This document shows positions 9,415 through 19,341 of a DNA stretch of 64,000 nt, piece by piece. Under the pieces are notes generated by a model. The model was not told where the DNA came from and made no database searches. It saw only the letters and a list, made by a program, of their open reading frames with translations. Location of the stretch: the NCBI GenBank assembly GCA_965227295.1, contig OZ245742.1:960001-1024000 (forward strand), written 5' to 3'. The DNA comes from Leptonemataceae bacterium (GTDB lineage Bacteria; Spirochaetota; Leptospiria; Leptospirales; Leptonemataceae). Made by a program: the position numbers and the translations under genes. Position 1 is the stretch's first letter; the number at the start of each line of letters is the position of its first letter.

Positions 9415-9837
9415 TTACGATTCCCCCTGCACCGTCACGACCACGCGCCGCGCTCCGCCGTGGTCCCGGTGCTCGCAAAGATAGATTCCCTGCCACGTTC
9501 CCAGATTCAAACGCCCCGAGCTTACCGGAATGCTCAGCGCCGGCCCGATCAAGACGGCCTTGATGTGCGCCGGCATGTCGTCCGGGCCCTCGGTGGTGTG
9601 GCGATAGTAGGGCTCGTTCTCGGGAACGTGATGATTGAGATAGGACTCGATGTCCGTGCGCACATCCGGATCGGCGTTCTCGTTAATGGCCAATGAGGCC
9701 GACGTGTGCTGAATAAAAAGATGGCAGAGGCCCCGGCGCACTTCACGAAGTTGCGGGAGAGCCTGGAGGACTTCATTGGTTACCAGGTGAACGCCCCGGC
9801 CGCGCGGCCGGAGCTGGATGGTTTCCTGGAACCACAT
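9415..9837 (-). CDS. yjbQ: YjbQ family (secondary thiamine-phosphate synthase) protein
   Basis: HTSASLAINENADPDV, EGPDDMPAHIK, LGTWQGIYLCEHR. Confidence 0.92.
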   Translation of the reverse strand: MWFQETIQLRPRGRGVHLVTNEVLQALPQLREVRRGLCHLFIQHTSASLAINENADPDVRTDIESYLNHHVPENEPYYRHTTEGPDDMPAHIKAVLIGPALSIPVSSGRLNLGTWQGIYLCEHRDHGGARRVVVTVQGES

Positions 9838-9853
9838 AATGGTAAGAAAACTG

Positions 9854-9926
<73 letters not shown>

Positions 9927-9950
9927 GATAAAATCAATACGGTTGGATGA

Positions 9951-10226
9951 TCAGGCCGCGGCTTTTTTTGCTTTGTTCAGCAACAGCGCCAGACGGCTCT
10001 TCTTGCGAGCGGCGTTGCGGGGATGCACCAGGTGCGTGCGGCCCGCCCGGTCCAGGAAGCGCTCGTAAACGCGGGCAATCTTTTCCGCTTCTTCGAGCTT
10101 GCCTTCTTCGACCAGCTTGTAGACCTTTTTGTGGAAGGTCCGCAGGCGGGCACGTTGCTGGCCGTTCTGCTCGTTGCGCCTCTTGATGCGCCGGATGTCT
10201 TTCTTTGATGCTTTTAGGTTCGCCAC
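9951..10226 (-). CDS. rpsT: 30S ribosomal protein S20
   Basis: MANLKASKKDIR...RLRTFHKK...HPRNAARKKSRL; GTG start. Confidence 0.95.
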   Translation of the reverse strand: MANLKASKKDIRRIKRRNEQNGQQRARLRTFHKKVYKLVEEGKLEEAEKIARVYERFLDRAGRTHLVHPRNAARKKSRLALLLNKAKKAAA

Positions 10227-10449
10227 TGTGTTCGCCGAAATTACGCCGGTCGCACGCTCCCGAAAGATTGTCCGGACCGACTTTTTGAAAGGACAGGAAT
10301 TTCCACCTGCCGTCGTGCGTCAAGCGGAACCCCGGTGGAATCCGCCTGGACAGCGTATCTTTTTTTGGGAAAAAATATTCACAAACAGGCCGGGGGATTA
10401 TGTCGAACGTGATTCCCTGTCGCCGACGATGAACTGAATAGACCCATGT

Positions 10450-11703
10450 ATGGGCACGCGAGAAACAATGATCGATAGAGCCTGGCAAATCACCAACGCC
10501 ACGATCGTCTCCGGGGACCCGGCCGACGAAGTCCGGCGGACCTCCGGCCTGCGCGTTCAGGGACGGCACATTGAGGCGGTCATGGACGCCGGGGAAGAGC
10601 TGGATGACCTGCTCACCCTCAATCTACACGGCCTGGCCGTATTTCCCGGCCTCATCAACAGCCACGATTCCCTGCTGGCGACATATCACGCTTACACTCC
10701 CGAGGACCGCCCCTGTCTCAACTGGCTCGCCTTCGACAACCAGCTCAAGGCCTCGGCTCTCTTCAAGGAACGCATGCTCCTCGGATCGGCCGATCTGTAC
10801 CTGCTGGGGGCCTACCGAAACCTGGTGGCCGGAACCACGGCTGTCGTGGACCACATTCCCCACTTCGTCCGTCGCCCGCTGACCGAGCAGACTCCCATCG
10901 CCCTGCTCGACGACTTCGGCATCTCGCATTCCATTTGCTCGTACTCGCTGGGCTGGGGCGACGGGGCGCGGCGCGAGTACGAACGCGCTGCGGAAAATGA
11001 TCTGCCCTACATCGTACACATCGCGGAGGGATTCGATGCCGAAAGCGCCGGCTCCCTGGCACAGTTGGACGCCGAAGGCGGGCTCGGCGAACACACCGTC
11101 CTGGTCCACGGCCTGGCCCTGTCGGATCAGGACCTGAACCGCATCGCGGAGGTCGGGGCCAGCCTGGTATGGTGTCCGGTCAGCAATCTTAAAATCTACG
11201 ACCGGACCATGCCGGTGCGGAAGGCCCTGGAACGGGGCATCAACGTCTGTCTCGGCTCGGACGCCGCCATGTACGGTTCGGCGAATTTGCTGGCGGACCT
11301 GGCCGCGGCGGCGCAGCACCTGGAGCAACACGGCGGCTTTGACGGCGCTCAGTTGAGCGCGATGGTCAGCACCAACCCGGCCCGGGCCTTTCGCTGGAAG
11401 GATCGCGGCCACCTCCGGCAGGGCGGCCTGGCGGATTTTTTCGTACTGCGTGGAAAGGATCCGGTCGACCCGCATCGCTCCCTGACCCACGCGGAACTGA
11501 GTGAGGTCTATCTCGTGGTCCGAAACGGCCGGCCCGTTTACGGCGACGAATCCCTCGAAAAAGTATTCACGGAAGCCGGGGTGATTTTTGATCGTCTGAG
11601 CATAGGCGGTCAGTCGAAAATCATGGAAGCGGGCCTCAAAAAACTGCTGGAAAGCATTCGCTCCGTTACAGGAAGATCAGACGACTTCCATTTTTTCACG
11701 TAG
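10450..11703 (+). CDS. Amidohydrolase family protein
   Basis: PGLINSHDS, AGTTAVVDH, VHIAEG, LVHG, WCPVSN, LGSD, GGLADF; alternative start at 10468. Confidence 0.85.
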   Translation: MGTRETMIDRAWQITNATIVSGDPADEVRRTSGLRVQGRHIEAVMDAGEELDDLLTLNLHGLAVFPGLINSHDSLLATYHAYTPEDRPCLNWLAFDNQLKASALFKERMLLGSADLYLLGAYRNLVAGTTAVVDHIPHFVRRPLTEQTPIALLDDFGISHSICSYSLGWGDGARREYERAAENDLPYIVHIAEGFDAESAGSLAQLDAEGGLGEHTVLVHGLALSDQDLNRIAEVGASLVWCPVSNLKIYDRTMPVRKALERGINVCLGSDAAMYGSANLLADLAAAAQHLEQHGGFDGAQLSAMVSTNPARAFRWKDRGHLRQGGLADFFVLRGKDPVDPHRSLTHAELSEVYLVVRNGRPVYGDESLEKVFTEAGVIFDRLSIGGQSKIMEAGLKKLLESIRSVTGRSDDFHFFT

Positions 11704-11726
11704 GTCACGGTGAATCAGGTCTAGAG

Positions 11727-12824
11727 ATGCCCATCGCACGCAATTACACCGGCGGTTCCATTGTCTATTTTCAGGGTGATACCGGGAACGAGGTCTACGT
11801 CCTTCAGAAGGGGCGGGTGGCCCTCATTTCCACCGCGCCGGAGTCCGGCGAGGAAATCAAAGAAGAAGTAAAGCTGGGCGAGTTCTTCGGCGTGAAGTCC
11901 AGCGTCGGCGGCTATCCGCGCGAAGAGACCGCCCAGGTCCTCGGTAAAACCACCGTCATCGTCTTTAAGTCCGAGGAGTTCGAGCAGTACTGCCTCAAGA
12001 ACACGCGTCTGATCATGACGATGCTAAGAGTCTTTTCCCGGCAGTTACGGGACGTGCACCGCGCGGTGCGGGAAATCCTGAAGGCCGACGAGGCCCGCAA
12101 CACCGCCGCCGAACTGCTGAATACTGCTGAGTCTTTTTATCGCAACGGCAACATCGATCATGCGATCTACGCCTTCGGAAAGTACCTCGAGTACAATCCC
12201 AACGGCCGCAACGTTTCCCGCGCCGAGGAACTACTGCAAATGGCAAAGAAGGGCATGACGTATCCGCCGACGTACCCTCCGCCGCAACCGGAGGCCGAGT
12301 CCCATGATGACGGCACCGAAGAGGCGGCCCGCAAGTCCAACGTAAACCGCGGGCTCATGAACGCTAATTCCGCCCTGGACGATCCCTTCGCGCTGAACGT
12401 CGATGACGGTCCGGCTCCGACGAAAAAATCCGAGCGCCGCATTACCCACGCCTTCGAAGAGGGTCTGAAGTTCGCCGAGGAAAAAGAGTACGAAAAGGCC
12501 GTCCGCTCCTTCGAAGAAGCGCTGCAATTCTCCAACCTGAAGAACGACGCCGAACAGGCCGCCTTCGCTCAGGCCCACTACGAGCTGGGGCATGCCCAGT
12601 TGTTGGGCGGCCACGTCGAAGAGGCCGGTAACTCATTTTCGAATTACATTAAGAAGTTCCCCACGGGTGAGCACGTCAAGGACTCGATCTATCAACTCGG
12701 CGTCGCCGCCGAAGCCCAGGGCAACATGGATCGCGCGAAAACGCTGTATCACAAGGTCGCCACCATGCCGCCGCCGGACGACGTCACCCAGTCCGCCCGT
12801 AAACGTCTGGAGCAACTCGGATGA
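11727..12824 (+). CDS. Cyclic-nucleotide-binding domain plus TPR protein
   Basis: [22 protein letters not shown]...PREETA; C-terminal TPRs (AHYELG, SIYQLG). Confidence 0.85.
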   Translation: MPIARNYTGGSIVYFQGDTGNEVYVLQKGRVALISTAPESGEEIKEEVKLGEFFGVKSSVGGYPREETAQVLGKTTVIVFKSEEFEQYCLKNTRLIMTMLRVFSRQLRDVHRAVREILKADEARNTAAELLNTAESFYRNGNIDHAIYAFGKYLEYNPNGRNVSRAEELLQMAKKGMTYPPTYPPPQPEAESHDDGTEEAARKSNVNRGLMNANSALDDPFALNVDDGPAPTKKSERRITHAFEEGLKFAEEKEYEKAVRSFEEALQFSNLKNDAEQAAFAQAHYELGHAQLLGGHVEEAGNSFSNYIKKFPTGEHVKDSIYQLGVAAEAQGNMDRAKTLYHKVATMPPPDDVTQSARKRLEQLG

Positions 12825-13468
12825 CGATGCTGCTGCCGGAATCCCTCTTCGATAAGTTCGGAATCACCTTTGAACCCGGACAACTCGTGTTCTGTGAGTA
12901 CGAGCCGGGCAACGAGTGCTTTTTCATCCAGGAAGGGCGCGTCAAGATCACGAAGACCGTGGGCAACTCGCAGAAGACTCTGGACGTCCTCGAACAGGGC
13001 GACTTCTTCGGTGAGATGGCCATCCTGGAAGAGGAACCGCGCAGTGCGTCCGCCGTCGCCATCGATACCGTCCGGGCGCTGAAGTTCAACCGCGCGAACT
13101 TCGACTCGCTCATGAACGGCCAGCCGCAACTGGCCTACCGCCTGCTCGTAATCTTCGCGAACCGCATCAACGATGCGAAGCGACGCCTGCAAATCTTGCT
13201 GCTGGACGATAACCAGGCCAAGATCGCGGACGTCTTCGTCATGCTTTCTGAAAAACATCCGGAGCACGGTCACTCCACGAAGATAGTGCTCAACGTCACG
13301 GTGGACGACGTGGCCGCGTGGTGCGGTCTGCCGGCCCCGGAAGTGCAGCGCGTCGTCAGCGGCTTTGTGAAACAGGGCAAGCTGGAACTCTTCGCGGACC
13401 GCATCGTCATTAACAATATCAACGACTTCTCCCGCGTCGTGGCTTCGAAGCGCAAAAACCTGTTGTAA
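12821..13468 (+). CDS. Crp/Fnr family regulator
   Basis: [30 protein letters not shown]-terminal winged HTH; ATGA overlap with the upstream gene. Confidence 0.88.
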   Translation: MTMLLPESLFDKFGITFEPGQLVFCEYEPGNECFFIQEGRVKITKTVGNSQKTLDVLEQGDFFGEMAILEEEPRSASAVAIDTVRALKFNRANFDSLMNGQPQLAYRLLVIFANRINDAKRRLQILLLDDNQAKIADVFVMLSEKHPEHGHSTKIVLNVTVDDVAAWCGLPAPEVQRVVSGFVKQGKLELFADRIVINNINDFSRVVASKRKNLL

Positions 13469-13483
13469 TCTCCGCGCGCGGCG

Positions 13484-15082
13484 ATGCCATTGCATATGGC
13501 GCTGCGAAATGTATTAATTTCACTTCTGTTTATCTTAGTGAGTGTTCCCGTGTTTGCCGGGCCCCAGGACGGTCTGCCGGAACCGGGCGAGGAATGGGAC
13601 CGCTCCACCCCGCGCCGTTCGTTGCGACACTTCCTCGATACCTGTCGGGACAACCGCTACGATCAGGCCGCGTACCTCCTGGATCTGCGCAGCATTCCGT
13701 CCGAACAGCAGGCTCGGGTGGGCCCGGTGCTCGCCCGCAAGCTCAAGTTCGTTCTGGATCAAACCTACTGGTTCGACTACGAAGTAATCTCCGACGAAGA
13801 AAGCGGCGACGTCGAAGACAACTTGCCGAACGTCGATCGCATTGCCGAGGTTCCGTACGGACGCAGTGCCATCCCCATCACCATGACCCGGGTCCGCCTG
13901 GACGACGGTTCGCGAGCCTGGCTCATTTCGTCGACAGTCATCCAGCGCGTGCCGGACATGTATCGCGTGTACGGCGCCGAGTGGGTCATTCGCTACGTGC
14001 CGCCGGCCTTCGCCGAGATTCGCATCTGGGAAATGTATCTGTGGCAATGGATCAGTCTCGGCACGGCGCTGCTGACGGCCCTCATCGCCGGCTGGCTCAT
14101 CTCGTTTCCGGCGATCTGGCTGATCACATTCATCGCCCGGCGCACGGACTTTCAGTGGGATGATCTTTTGATTCACGCCATTCGGCGGCCGGTGTGGTTC
14201 CTCATCGCCGCGCTGATCGTCAACGGTCTCATCAACTATCTCAAGTTCGCGAAGCCGGCCCAGGAGACGGCGGACGGCTTCGTCGGTTCGTCCCTGATTC
14301 TTATCGTCGCCTGGACCATCTCACGCTTCATCAACATTCTCTCGCGCACGTTGCAAACGCGCTTGCAGGAAGGCGACACGAGCCTGCAGGCCCGCGGCAT
14401 GCGCACGCAGGTGATCGTACTGCGCCGGGTCATCAACATCATCGTGTTCATCATCGCCGGCGCGTTGATTCTCACGCAGTTCGAGATTCTGCGCCGGGTG
14501 GGCATGTCGCTGCTGGCCTCGGCCGGGGTCGCGGGGGTTGTCATCGGTCTCGCCGCGCAAAAGACGATCGGCAACGTGCTTGCGGGCATTCAACTGGCGA
14601 TTACGCAACCCATTCGCATCGGCGACACGGTGATCATCGAAGGCGAGTGGGGATTCATCGAAGAGATCAACTTAACATACATAGTAGTTAAGATATGGGA
14701 CTTGCGGCGCCTGGTCGTGCCGGTCCCGCACTTTCTCGACCGGCCGTTTCAGAACTGGACCAAGGTCAGCCCGGATCTGCTCGGCACGATCTACTTCTAC
14801 GCGGATTACTCGACGCCCGTGGAGAAAGTCCGCGAGGAACTGGAGCGTTTCGTGAAAGGCCGCGACGACTGGGACGGCAATGTGGCCGGTGTCGTGGTTA
14901 CGAACGTTACCGAAAACACAGTGGAGATTCGCGCGCTCATTTCAGCGAAGGACGCCACGGACCAGTGGAACCTGCGCTGTGCGGTGCGCGAACACCTGGT
15001 CGGTTTTCTGCGTGATCTCGAAGGCGGCAAGTATCTGCCGAAGCAGCGCATCGTGGGTTCGCTGGAACAGCAGAAGATGTGA
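13484..15082 (+). CDS. MscS family mechanosensitive channel with an extended N-terminal domain
   Basis: LLASAGVAGVVIGLAAQKTIGNVLAGIQ...PIRIGD...GFIEEI...WDLRRLVVP...FQNWT. Confidence 0.9.
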   Translation: MPLHMALRNVLISLLFILVSVPVFAGPQDGLPEPGEEWDRSTPRRSLRHFLDTCRDNRYDQAAYLLDLRSIPSEQQARVGPVLARKLKFVLDQTYWFDYEVISDEESGDVEDNLPNVDRIAEVPYGRSAIPITMTRVRLDDGSRAWLISSTVIQRVPDMYRVYGAEWVIRYVPPAFAEIRIWEMYLWQWISLGTALLTALIAGWLISFPAIWLITFIARRTDFQWDDLLIHAIRRPVWFLIAALIVNGLINYLKFAKPAQETADGFVGSSLILIVAWTISRFINILSRTLQTRLQEGDTSLQARGMRTQVIVLRRVINIIVFIIAGALILTQFEILRRVGMSLLASAGVAGVVIGLAAQKTIGNVLAGIQLAITQPIRIGDTVIIEGEWGFIEEINLTYIVVKIWDLRRLVVPVPHFLDRPFQNWTKVSPDLLGTIYFYADYSTPVEKVREELERFVKGRDDWDGNVAGVVVTNVTENTVEIRALISAKDATDQWNLRCAVREHLVGFLRDLEGGKYLPKQRIVGSLEQQKM

Positions 15083-15096
15083 GCGAGGCGACGAGC

Positions 15097-16266
15097 TTAC
15101 TTCAGGCGATCCAGGGGTGTATTCGCTTTCAGCACGCCCTTGAGATCGTCCCAGGTTAAGAGTAGATCAATTCCACCTAAGACGTACGGTCCGACCTCGT
15201 AGGGATTGTAGACGAACGTAATGCCTCGCCGGTCCACAAAAAAGTTGTCCGGCACCGGCAGGCGATCCACCAGTAGACCGTACTCTTCCATGGATTTACC
15301 CGCCTCGTACTTCGCGCCCTCTCCGTATTTTTTTACGAAGACCCGTTCGAGGATCGGCGGTAGTTTTGTTTTGTAGCCGTCGCGGAAAAGATCGGCCAGG
15401 CCGAGTTCCTTGCCGTTCGTCAGGTCGAAGACGTAGTAGGCCGAACCGTAGTTGCCGTGGGCCCCGCCGGAAAACGAGTAAGTGAAGTGCTCCACCGAAA
15501 CCAGGTCCCGATCGTTGAAGCGCACGGACGCGCCGTGATCCTGGCTCCAGGAAAAATACGGAGCGTCGTCGCCTGCTTTCCAATCGGGCAGGACGTTCTC
15601 ACGATACTCGGCGGCGAACTCCGCGGCGAGGTTGTCCAGCGCCAGAGTCGTGGACTTCTTCGGATCGAATGATTCGCCGAAGAAAGCGCGCCCTAATATC
15701 TTGCGAATGGAAGCTACGACCGGTGTTTCCTTTGCCCCGGGCGGACGGGGCGCGAGGTACAGGGCCCGGAACTCGCCCTCGGGAGACTTGTTGCTTTGTT
15801 TGCTCAGCTTGATGCTCCGCGTCAGCGGATGCGCCTCGAAGGCCAGGCTGCGGCTGTAGTCTTCTTTCATCGTGAACGGAAGATCTTTCTTCGGCTTCGC
15901 AGATTTCCAACGCCCTTCGATCACAAGCTGCTTGCCATCAGCGGGCCAGTCGGCTTCGAAGACGTTCTGCAAGCCGCCCTCTCCGTTCTCGGTCATGCGC
16001 AGCTTTCCGTCTTTCACGCTCACCGTGAGTTCTATGGGCGCGCCGATTTTTTCGTAATAGTAACTCGCCTGAACCGGATCGCCGCCGACGTTGCTTGTCC
16101 GGCTCAGAAGATCGAGTCGGAACTCATGTTTACCGTCGATCTTTCCGGAAAAATGGGCGTAGAACGGCTGCTCAGGAAATTTCGACTTTTTCTCGGAGGA
16201 CAAGCCGGTGAACGCGAGGCCGAGAATGAGGGCAATAAGCAGGGATCGTTTCATCATACTGGACAT
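15097..16266 (-). CDS. Exported DUF3298/DUF4163 (RsiV/PdaC-like) protein
   Basis: Signal peptide MKRSLLIALIL; YSFSGGAHGN, FDLTNGKELGLADLF, YNPYEVGPYVLG. The ORF-track start at 16413 looks over-extended. Confidence 0.8.
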   Translation of the reverse strand: MSSMMKRSLLIALILGLAFTGLSSEKKSKFPEQPFYAHFSGKIDGKHEFRLDLLSRTSNVGGDPVQASYYYEKIGAPIELTVSVKDGKLRMTENGEGGLQNVFEADWPADGKQLVIEGRWKSAKPKKDLPFTMKEDYSRSLAFEAHPLTRSIKLSKQSNKSPEGEFRALYLAPRPPGAKETPVVASIRKILGRAFFGESFDPKKSTTLALDNLAAEFAAEYRENVLPDWKAGDDAPYFSWSQDHGASVRFNDRDLVSVEHFTYSFSGGAHGNYGSAYYVFDLTNGKELGLADLFRDGYKTKLPPILERVFVKKYGEGAKYEAGKSMEEYGLLVDRLPVPDNFFVDRRGITFVYNPYEVGPYVLGGIDLLLTWDDLKGVLKANTPLDRLK

Positions 16267-16685
16267 AACACATAACCGCCGTGCTTGCACACGGCAATTA
16301 CGAATTTGGACGGCCAAATCGCAGACGATGTTGCGATTTTTCCCCGAATCAGCAAGTGCCCGAGGGCCTTTATTCACACTGCAGCGACGCAAACATGCAA
16401 AAGAATTGGGCACGCCTCAGGGCGGCATGACGTCCGCGAATCTCGTCACGGGAACCTTGGGCAGCGCCTTGCCGAACAATGACTGCATCACTGCTGCGAA
16501 CTAATGTGTTCGGCAGATCAAGAGTCGATAGTCGAGCAGTTTGGGGTGAAAATTGTGAAGTCGGCCGGGTAACGATAACGGGGTTTTTTATGCTACGGCT
16601 GAGCGGGAGTTGTGGTATGCCGTTTTGTTAAGAATGCTGCGTTCGACCCGGACGCTGGTTTGCGACTCAGCTACCGCAGCGTTTC

Positions 16686-16816
16686 TTGCAACGAAGACGC
16701 CGGGGACTTATGCTTTCCGCCGATGCGGAAAGCCGGCGGTTCAGAACTCTCGCTGAAGCGAGAATTCTGCCGGTGCGCCTTACCACATTCCCCGGCATGA
16801 CCTCCGTCCGTTAGCT
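16686..16816. other. Multi-stem palindromic element (attC-like site or structured RNA)
   Basis: Outer stem gccgggga (16699-16706)/tccccggc (16789-16796); inner hairpins gctttccgc-cgat-gcggaaagc and cagaactctcgc-tgaa-gcgagaattctg; bounded by AAC (16690-16692) and GTT (16810-16812). Confidence 0.45.
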
Positions 16817-16901
16817 GGAACCAGCTGTGCCCATAAAAGTCTTAATATACGTTGGCCTTGACTTACACCATGATTCGGGGCGTGCTTGAACCCCGCATAT
16901 C

Positions 16902-18860
16902 TCAAATCAACTCGGGATCGCTGACGACTTCCACCATGGACGGCCCGTTGTACGCGAGCGCCTTTTGAATGGCGTCGTCCAGTTGCGCTGCGTCGGTGAC
17001 ACGAATCCCCAGGCCGCCGCAGTTTTCGGCGTACTGTGCGAAGTTCGGGTTGTGCAGATCAATCTGCCAGGGATCGAAGTGACCGGCGAGTTGCTCTTTG
17101 CGAATCTTCGCAATCATGCTGTTGTTCAGCAAGATGTGCGTGATGTTCATGTTGTACTTGACCGCCGTCAGAAACTCGCCCATGTACTGACCGAAGCCGC
17201 CGTCGCCGGTCACCGCGATAATCGGACGTTTGCCGCCCTTCGGTCCGTTCTCGGCCGCCCAGGCACCCATGGCCGCCGGAAAACCGAAGCCGATGCTGCC
17301 CAGGTACCCGGACATCAGCACGGACTGTTCCGTGCACTCGAAGTACCGGCCGAACGAGTAGGTATTGTTGCCGACGTCCACGGCAATCACCGCGTTCTTC
17401 GGAATCGTACGATTCATGGCGGCGAAGATCGCCGAAGAACTGACGCCCTTGCCACGGTCTTCGCCCAGGCGTTTTTCTTTTTCCGCGCGCCAGATCCTCC
17501 AGCGCTCCGCGACTTCGTTCGTCTGATCCGTAAAGTTCGTTTTGCCGGTGAGTTCGTCCGTAAGCACATCCAGCGTTACGCCGATCTCGCCCCACATGGG
17601 CACGCTCACCGGATGCACCTTGCCGAGCATCATCGCGTCGAAGTCCACCTGGATGATCGGCTTTTTCTTTTCGATGCCGGTGTGATTCGAAAACGAAGCA
17701 CCGAGCACGATCAAACAATCCGACTCGTTCATGAACCAGGATGCGATGGGCGTGCCGCTGCGCCCGAGCACGCCGCAGCCCAGGGGATGTTGATCGCTGA
17801 TGATGCCCTTGCCCTTGAACGTGGTGAGCACAGGAATCTTGAACTTCTCCGCGAACTCGCGCAGCCGGTCACGATGAAAGCGTGCGCCGTGACCCACGAT
17901 AATCACGGGTCGTTTCGATTTCGAAAGCAAATCCACGGCATCGACGACGGAACTCTGCGGCGGCGCAATCTCGCGTCCGGCAACGCGACCTTCCGGACCG
18001 GACGGTTCCGCGCCTTCCGGGGCGGGCAGCACCTGAACTTCGTCGGGAAAGATCAGCGTCGATACGTCGCGCTTGAGAATGGCATTCTTCAACGCCAGGT
18101 TCATAAGTTCCGCGTGTTTCGAGGATTGCAGCACGGTCTGTAACCATTCGGCGACTCCGTCGAACGCGGCCTTAAGATCCACTTCCTGGAACGCGCCGGG
18201 GCCGAGGACCTGCGTATCCACCTGACCGGTCATGGCAAGAATCGGTACGCGATCGACTTTCGCATCCCACAATCCCGTAAGCAAATTCGTGGCGCCCGGC
18301 CCGGCAATCGTAAGACACGCCGCCGGACGTCCCGTTAGCTTTGCGTAGCCCGACGCCGCGAATGCCCCCGCACCCTCGTGACGAATCGTAATGAACTTAA
18401 GCCGGCCCGCTTCTTCTTCGCGACGCAAAGCATCAGCAAGACCGAGACACGAGTGACCCACAAGACCGAAGCAGGTATCGACGCCCCAGTTCGTCATCGT
18501 CCGCGCCATAACGTCGGCCACCGTGGTTACGTGCGCCTGTTCCTCGGCCATGCCGACGTAGAAACCGTCGCTACGTTCTTCGACGGGATACGTTTCGATG
18601 CCGTCATCGTAACCGCCGGGCGGCTTGCCCGTCTGTGGGTCGAAGTCCCAGCCGTGCCAGGGACAACGCAACATGCCGTTCTCGATGGAGCCTTCGCCCA
18701 GCGGACCACCCTGGTGCGGACAGGCGTTGTCCAGGGCGCTGATCTTTCCGTTGCAATGCGTGACGCACACGGTCTTGTGTCCCGCCACGGCCGTCTTCAC
18801 GCGGCCGTCGGGAAGCTCGTCTTTACCGGTGAGGATTTTGTACCATTTTAGTTCTGACAT
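16902..18860 (-). CDS. Rieske [2Fe-2S] plus thiamine-diphosphate-dependent enzyme (pyruvate oxidase/acetolactate synthase-like)
   Basis: CPHQGG...CPWHGW Rieske ligands; RHEGAGAF, GPGATN, FQE; ThDP motif GDGGF...LNN. Confidence 0.88.
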   Translation of the reverse strand: MSELKWYKILTGKDELPDGRVKTAVAGHKTVCVTHCNGKISALDNACPHQGGPLGEGSIENGMLRCPWHGWDFDPQTGKPPGGYDDGIETYPVEERSDGFYVGMAEEQAHVTTVADVMARTMTNWGVDTCFGLVGHSCLGLADALRREEEAGRLKFITIRHEGAGAFAASGYAKLTGRPAACLTIAGPGATNLLTGLWDAKVDRVPILAMTGQVDTQVLGPGAFQEVDLKAAFDGVAEWLQTVLQSSKHAELMNLALKNAILKRDVSTLIFPDEVQVLPAPEGAEPSGPEGRVAGREIAPPQSSVVDAVDLLSKSKRPVIIVGHGARFHRDRLREFAEKFKIPVLTTFKGKGIISDQHPLGCGVLGRSGTPIASWFMNESDCLIVLGASFSNHTGIEKKKPIIQVDFDAMMLGKVHPVSVPMWGEIGVTLDVLTDELTGKTNFTDQTNEVAERWRIWRAEKEKRLGEDRGKGVSSSAIFAAMNRTIPKNAVIAVDVGNNTYSFGRYFECTEQSVLMSGYLGSIGFGFPAAMGAWAAENGPKGGKRPIIAVTGDGGFGQYMGEFLTAVKYNMNITHILLNNSMIAKIRKEQLAGHFDPWQIDLHNPNFAQYAENCGGLGIRVTDAAQLDDAIQKALAYNGPSMVEVVSDPELI

Positions 18861-18882
18861 CGTAAGATTCCTTCAGTATCCC

Positions 18883-19336
18883 TTTGCCACAGAGGCACAG
18901 AGGACACGGAGTTTTTTAGATTCTAAAGCGATGAACGCCGTCTTTTAAGAGTGTTGATTTGAAATTGATGATCAGTCCGATGTTATATCCGCCCATGCGC
19001 ATATAGCTCAGGATCTGCGCTTCGAATACTGGTTCCATGCGCTCAACGCTCTTCAGTTCCACAACAACGCGTCCTTCCACGAGAAGATCGAGTCGATACT
19101 CTCCAATTTCCCGGTTCTTGTAAAACACAGGCAGTCGTTTCTGTCGTTCATAGCCGATGCCCCGATCATCCAACTCGATCGCCATCGCTTCTTCATAGGC
19201 CGATTCCAACAACCCGGGCCCGATCGTCCGATGCACTTCAATGGCTGCGCCGATAATCCCGCCGGTTAACCCACTCTCTTCCACATTACCACCCCATCCA
19301 ACACAAACTCTGTGTCCTCTGTGCCTCCGTGGCAAA
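18883..19336. mobile_element. Putative small mobile unit: GxxExxY gene bounded by 32-bp terminal inverted repeats
   Basis: Left arm tttgccacagaggcacagaggacacggagttt (18883-18914). Reverse complement of the right arm (19305-19336) is tttgccacggaggcacagaggacacagagttt, 30/32 identical. Confidence 0.6.
18916..19284 (-). CDS. GxxExxY protein (PD-(D/E)XK nuclease-like)
   Basis: IIGAAIEVHRTIGPGLLESAYE, YRLDLLVE...VVVELK, AQILSY, GLIINF; GTG start at 19284 after a GGGGTGG SD-like sequence. Confidence 0.92.
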   Translation of the reverse strand: MEESGLTGGIIGAAIEVHRTIGPGLLESAYEEAMAIELDDRGIGYERQKRLPVFYKNREIGEYRLDLLVEGRVVVELKSVERMEPVFEAQILSYMRMGGYNIGLIINFKSTLLKDGVHRFRI

Positions 19337-19341
19337 AGTTC

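Noticed and set aside
16267-16901. tmRNA, RNase P or SRP RNA in the long intergenic region
   Set aside because: Hallmark motifs (GAGGAAAGTCC, tRNA-like ends, the SRP GGAA loop context) were not found on either strand.
18916-19335. ORF-track N-terminal extension MPRRHRGHR of the GxxExxY protein
   Set aside because: It is a translation of the repeat arm; GTG at 19284 fits the family length and has an SD-like sequence.
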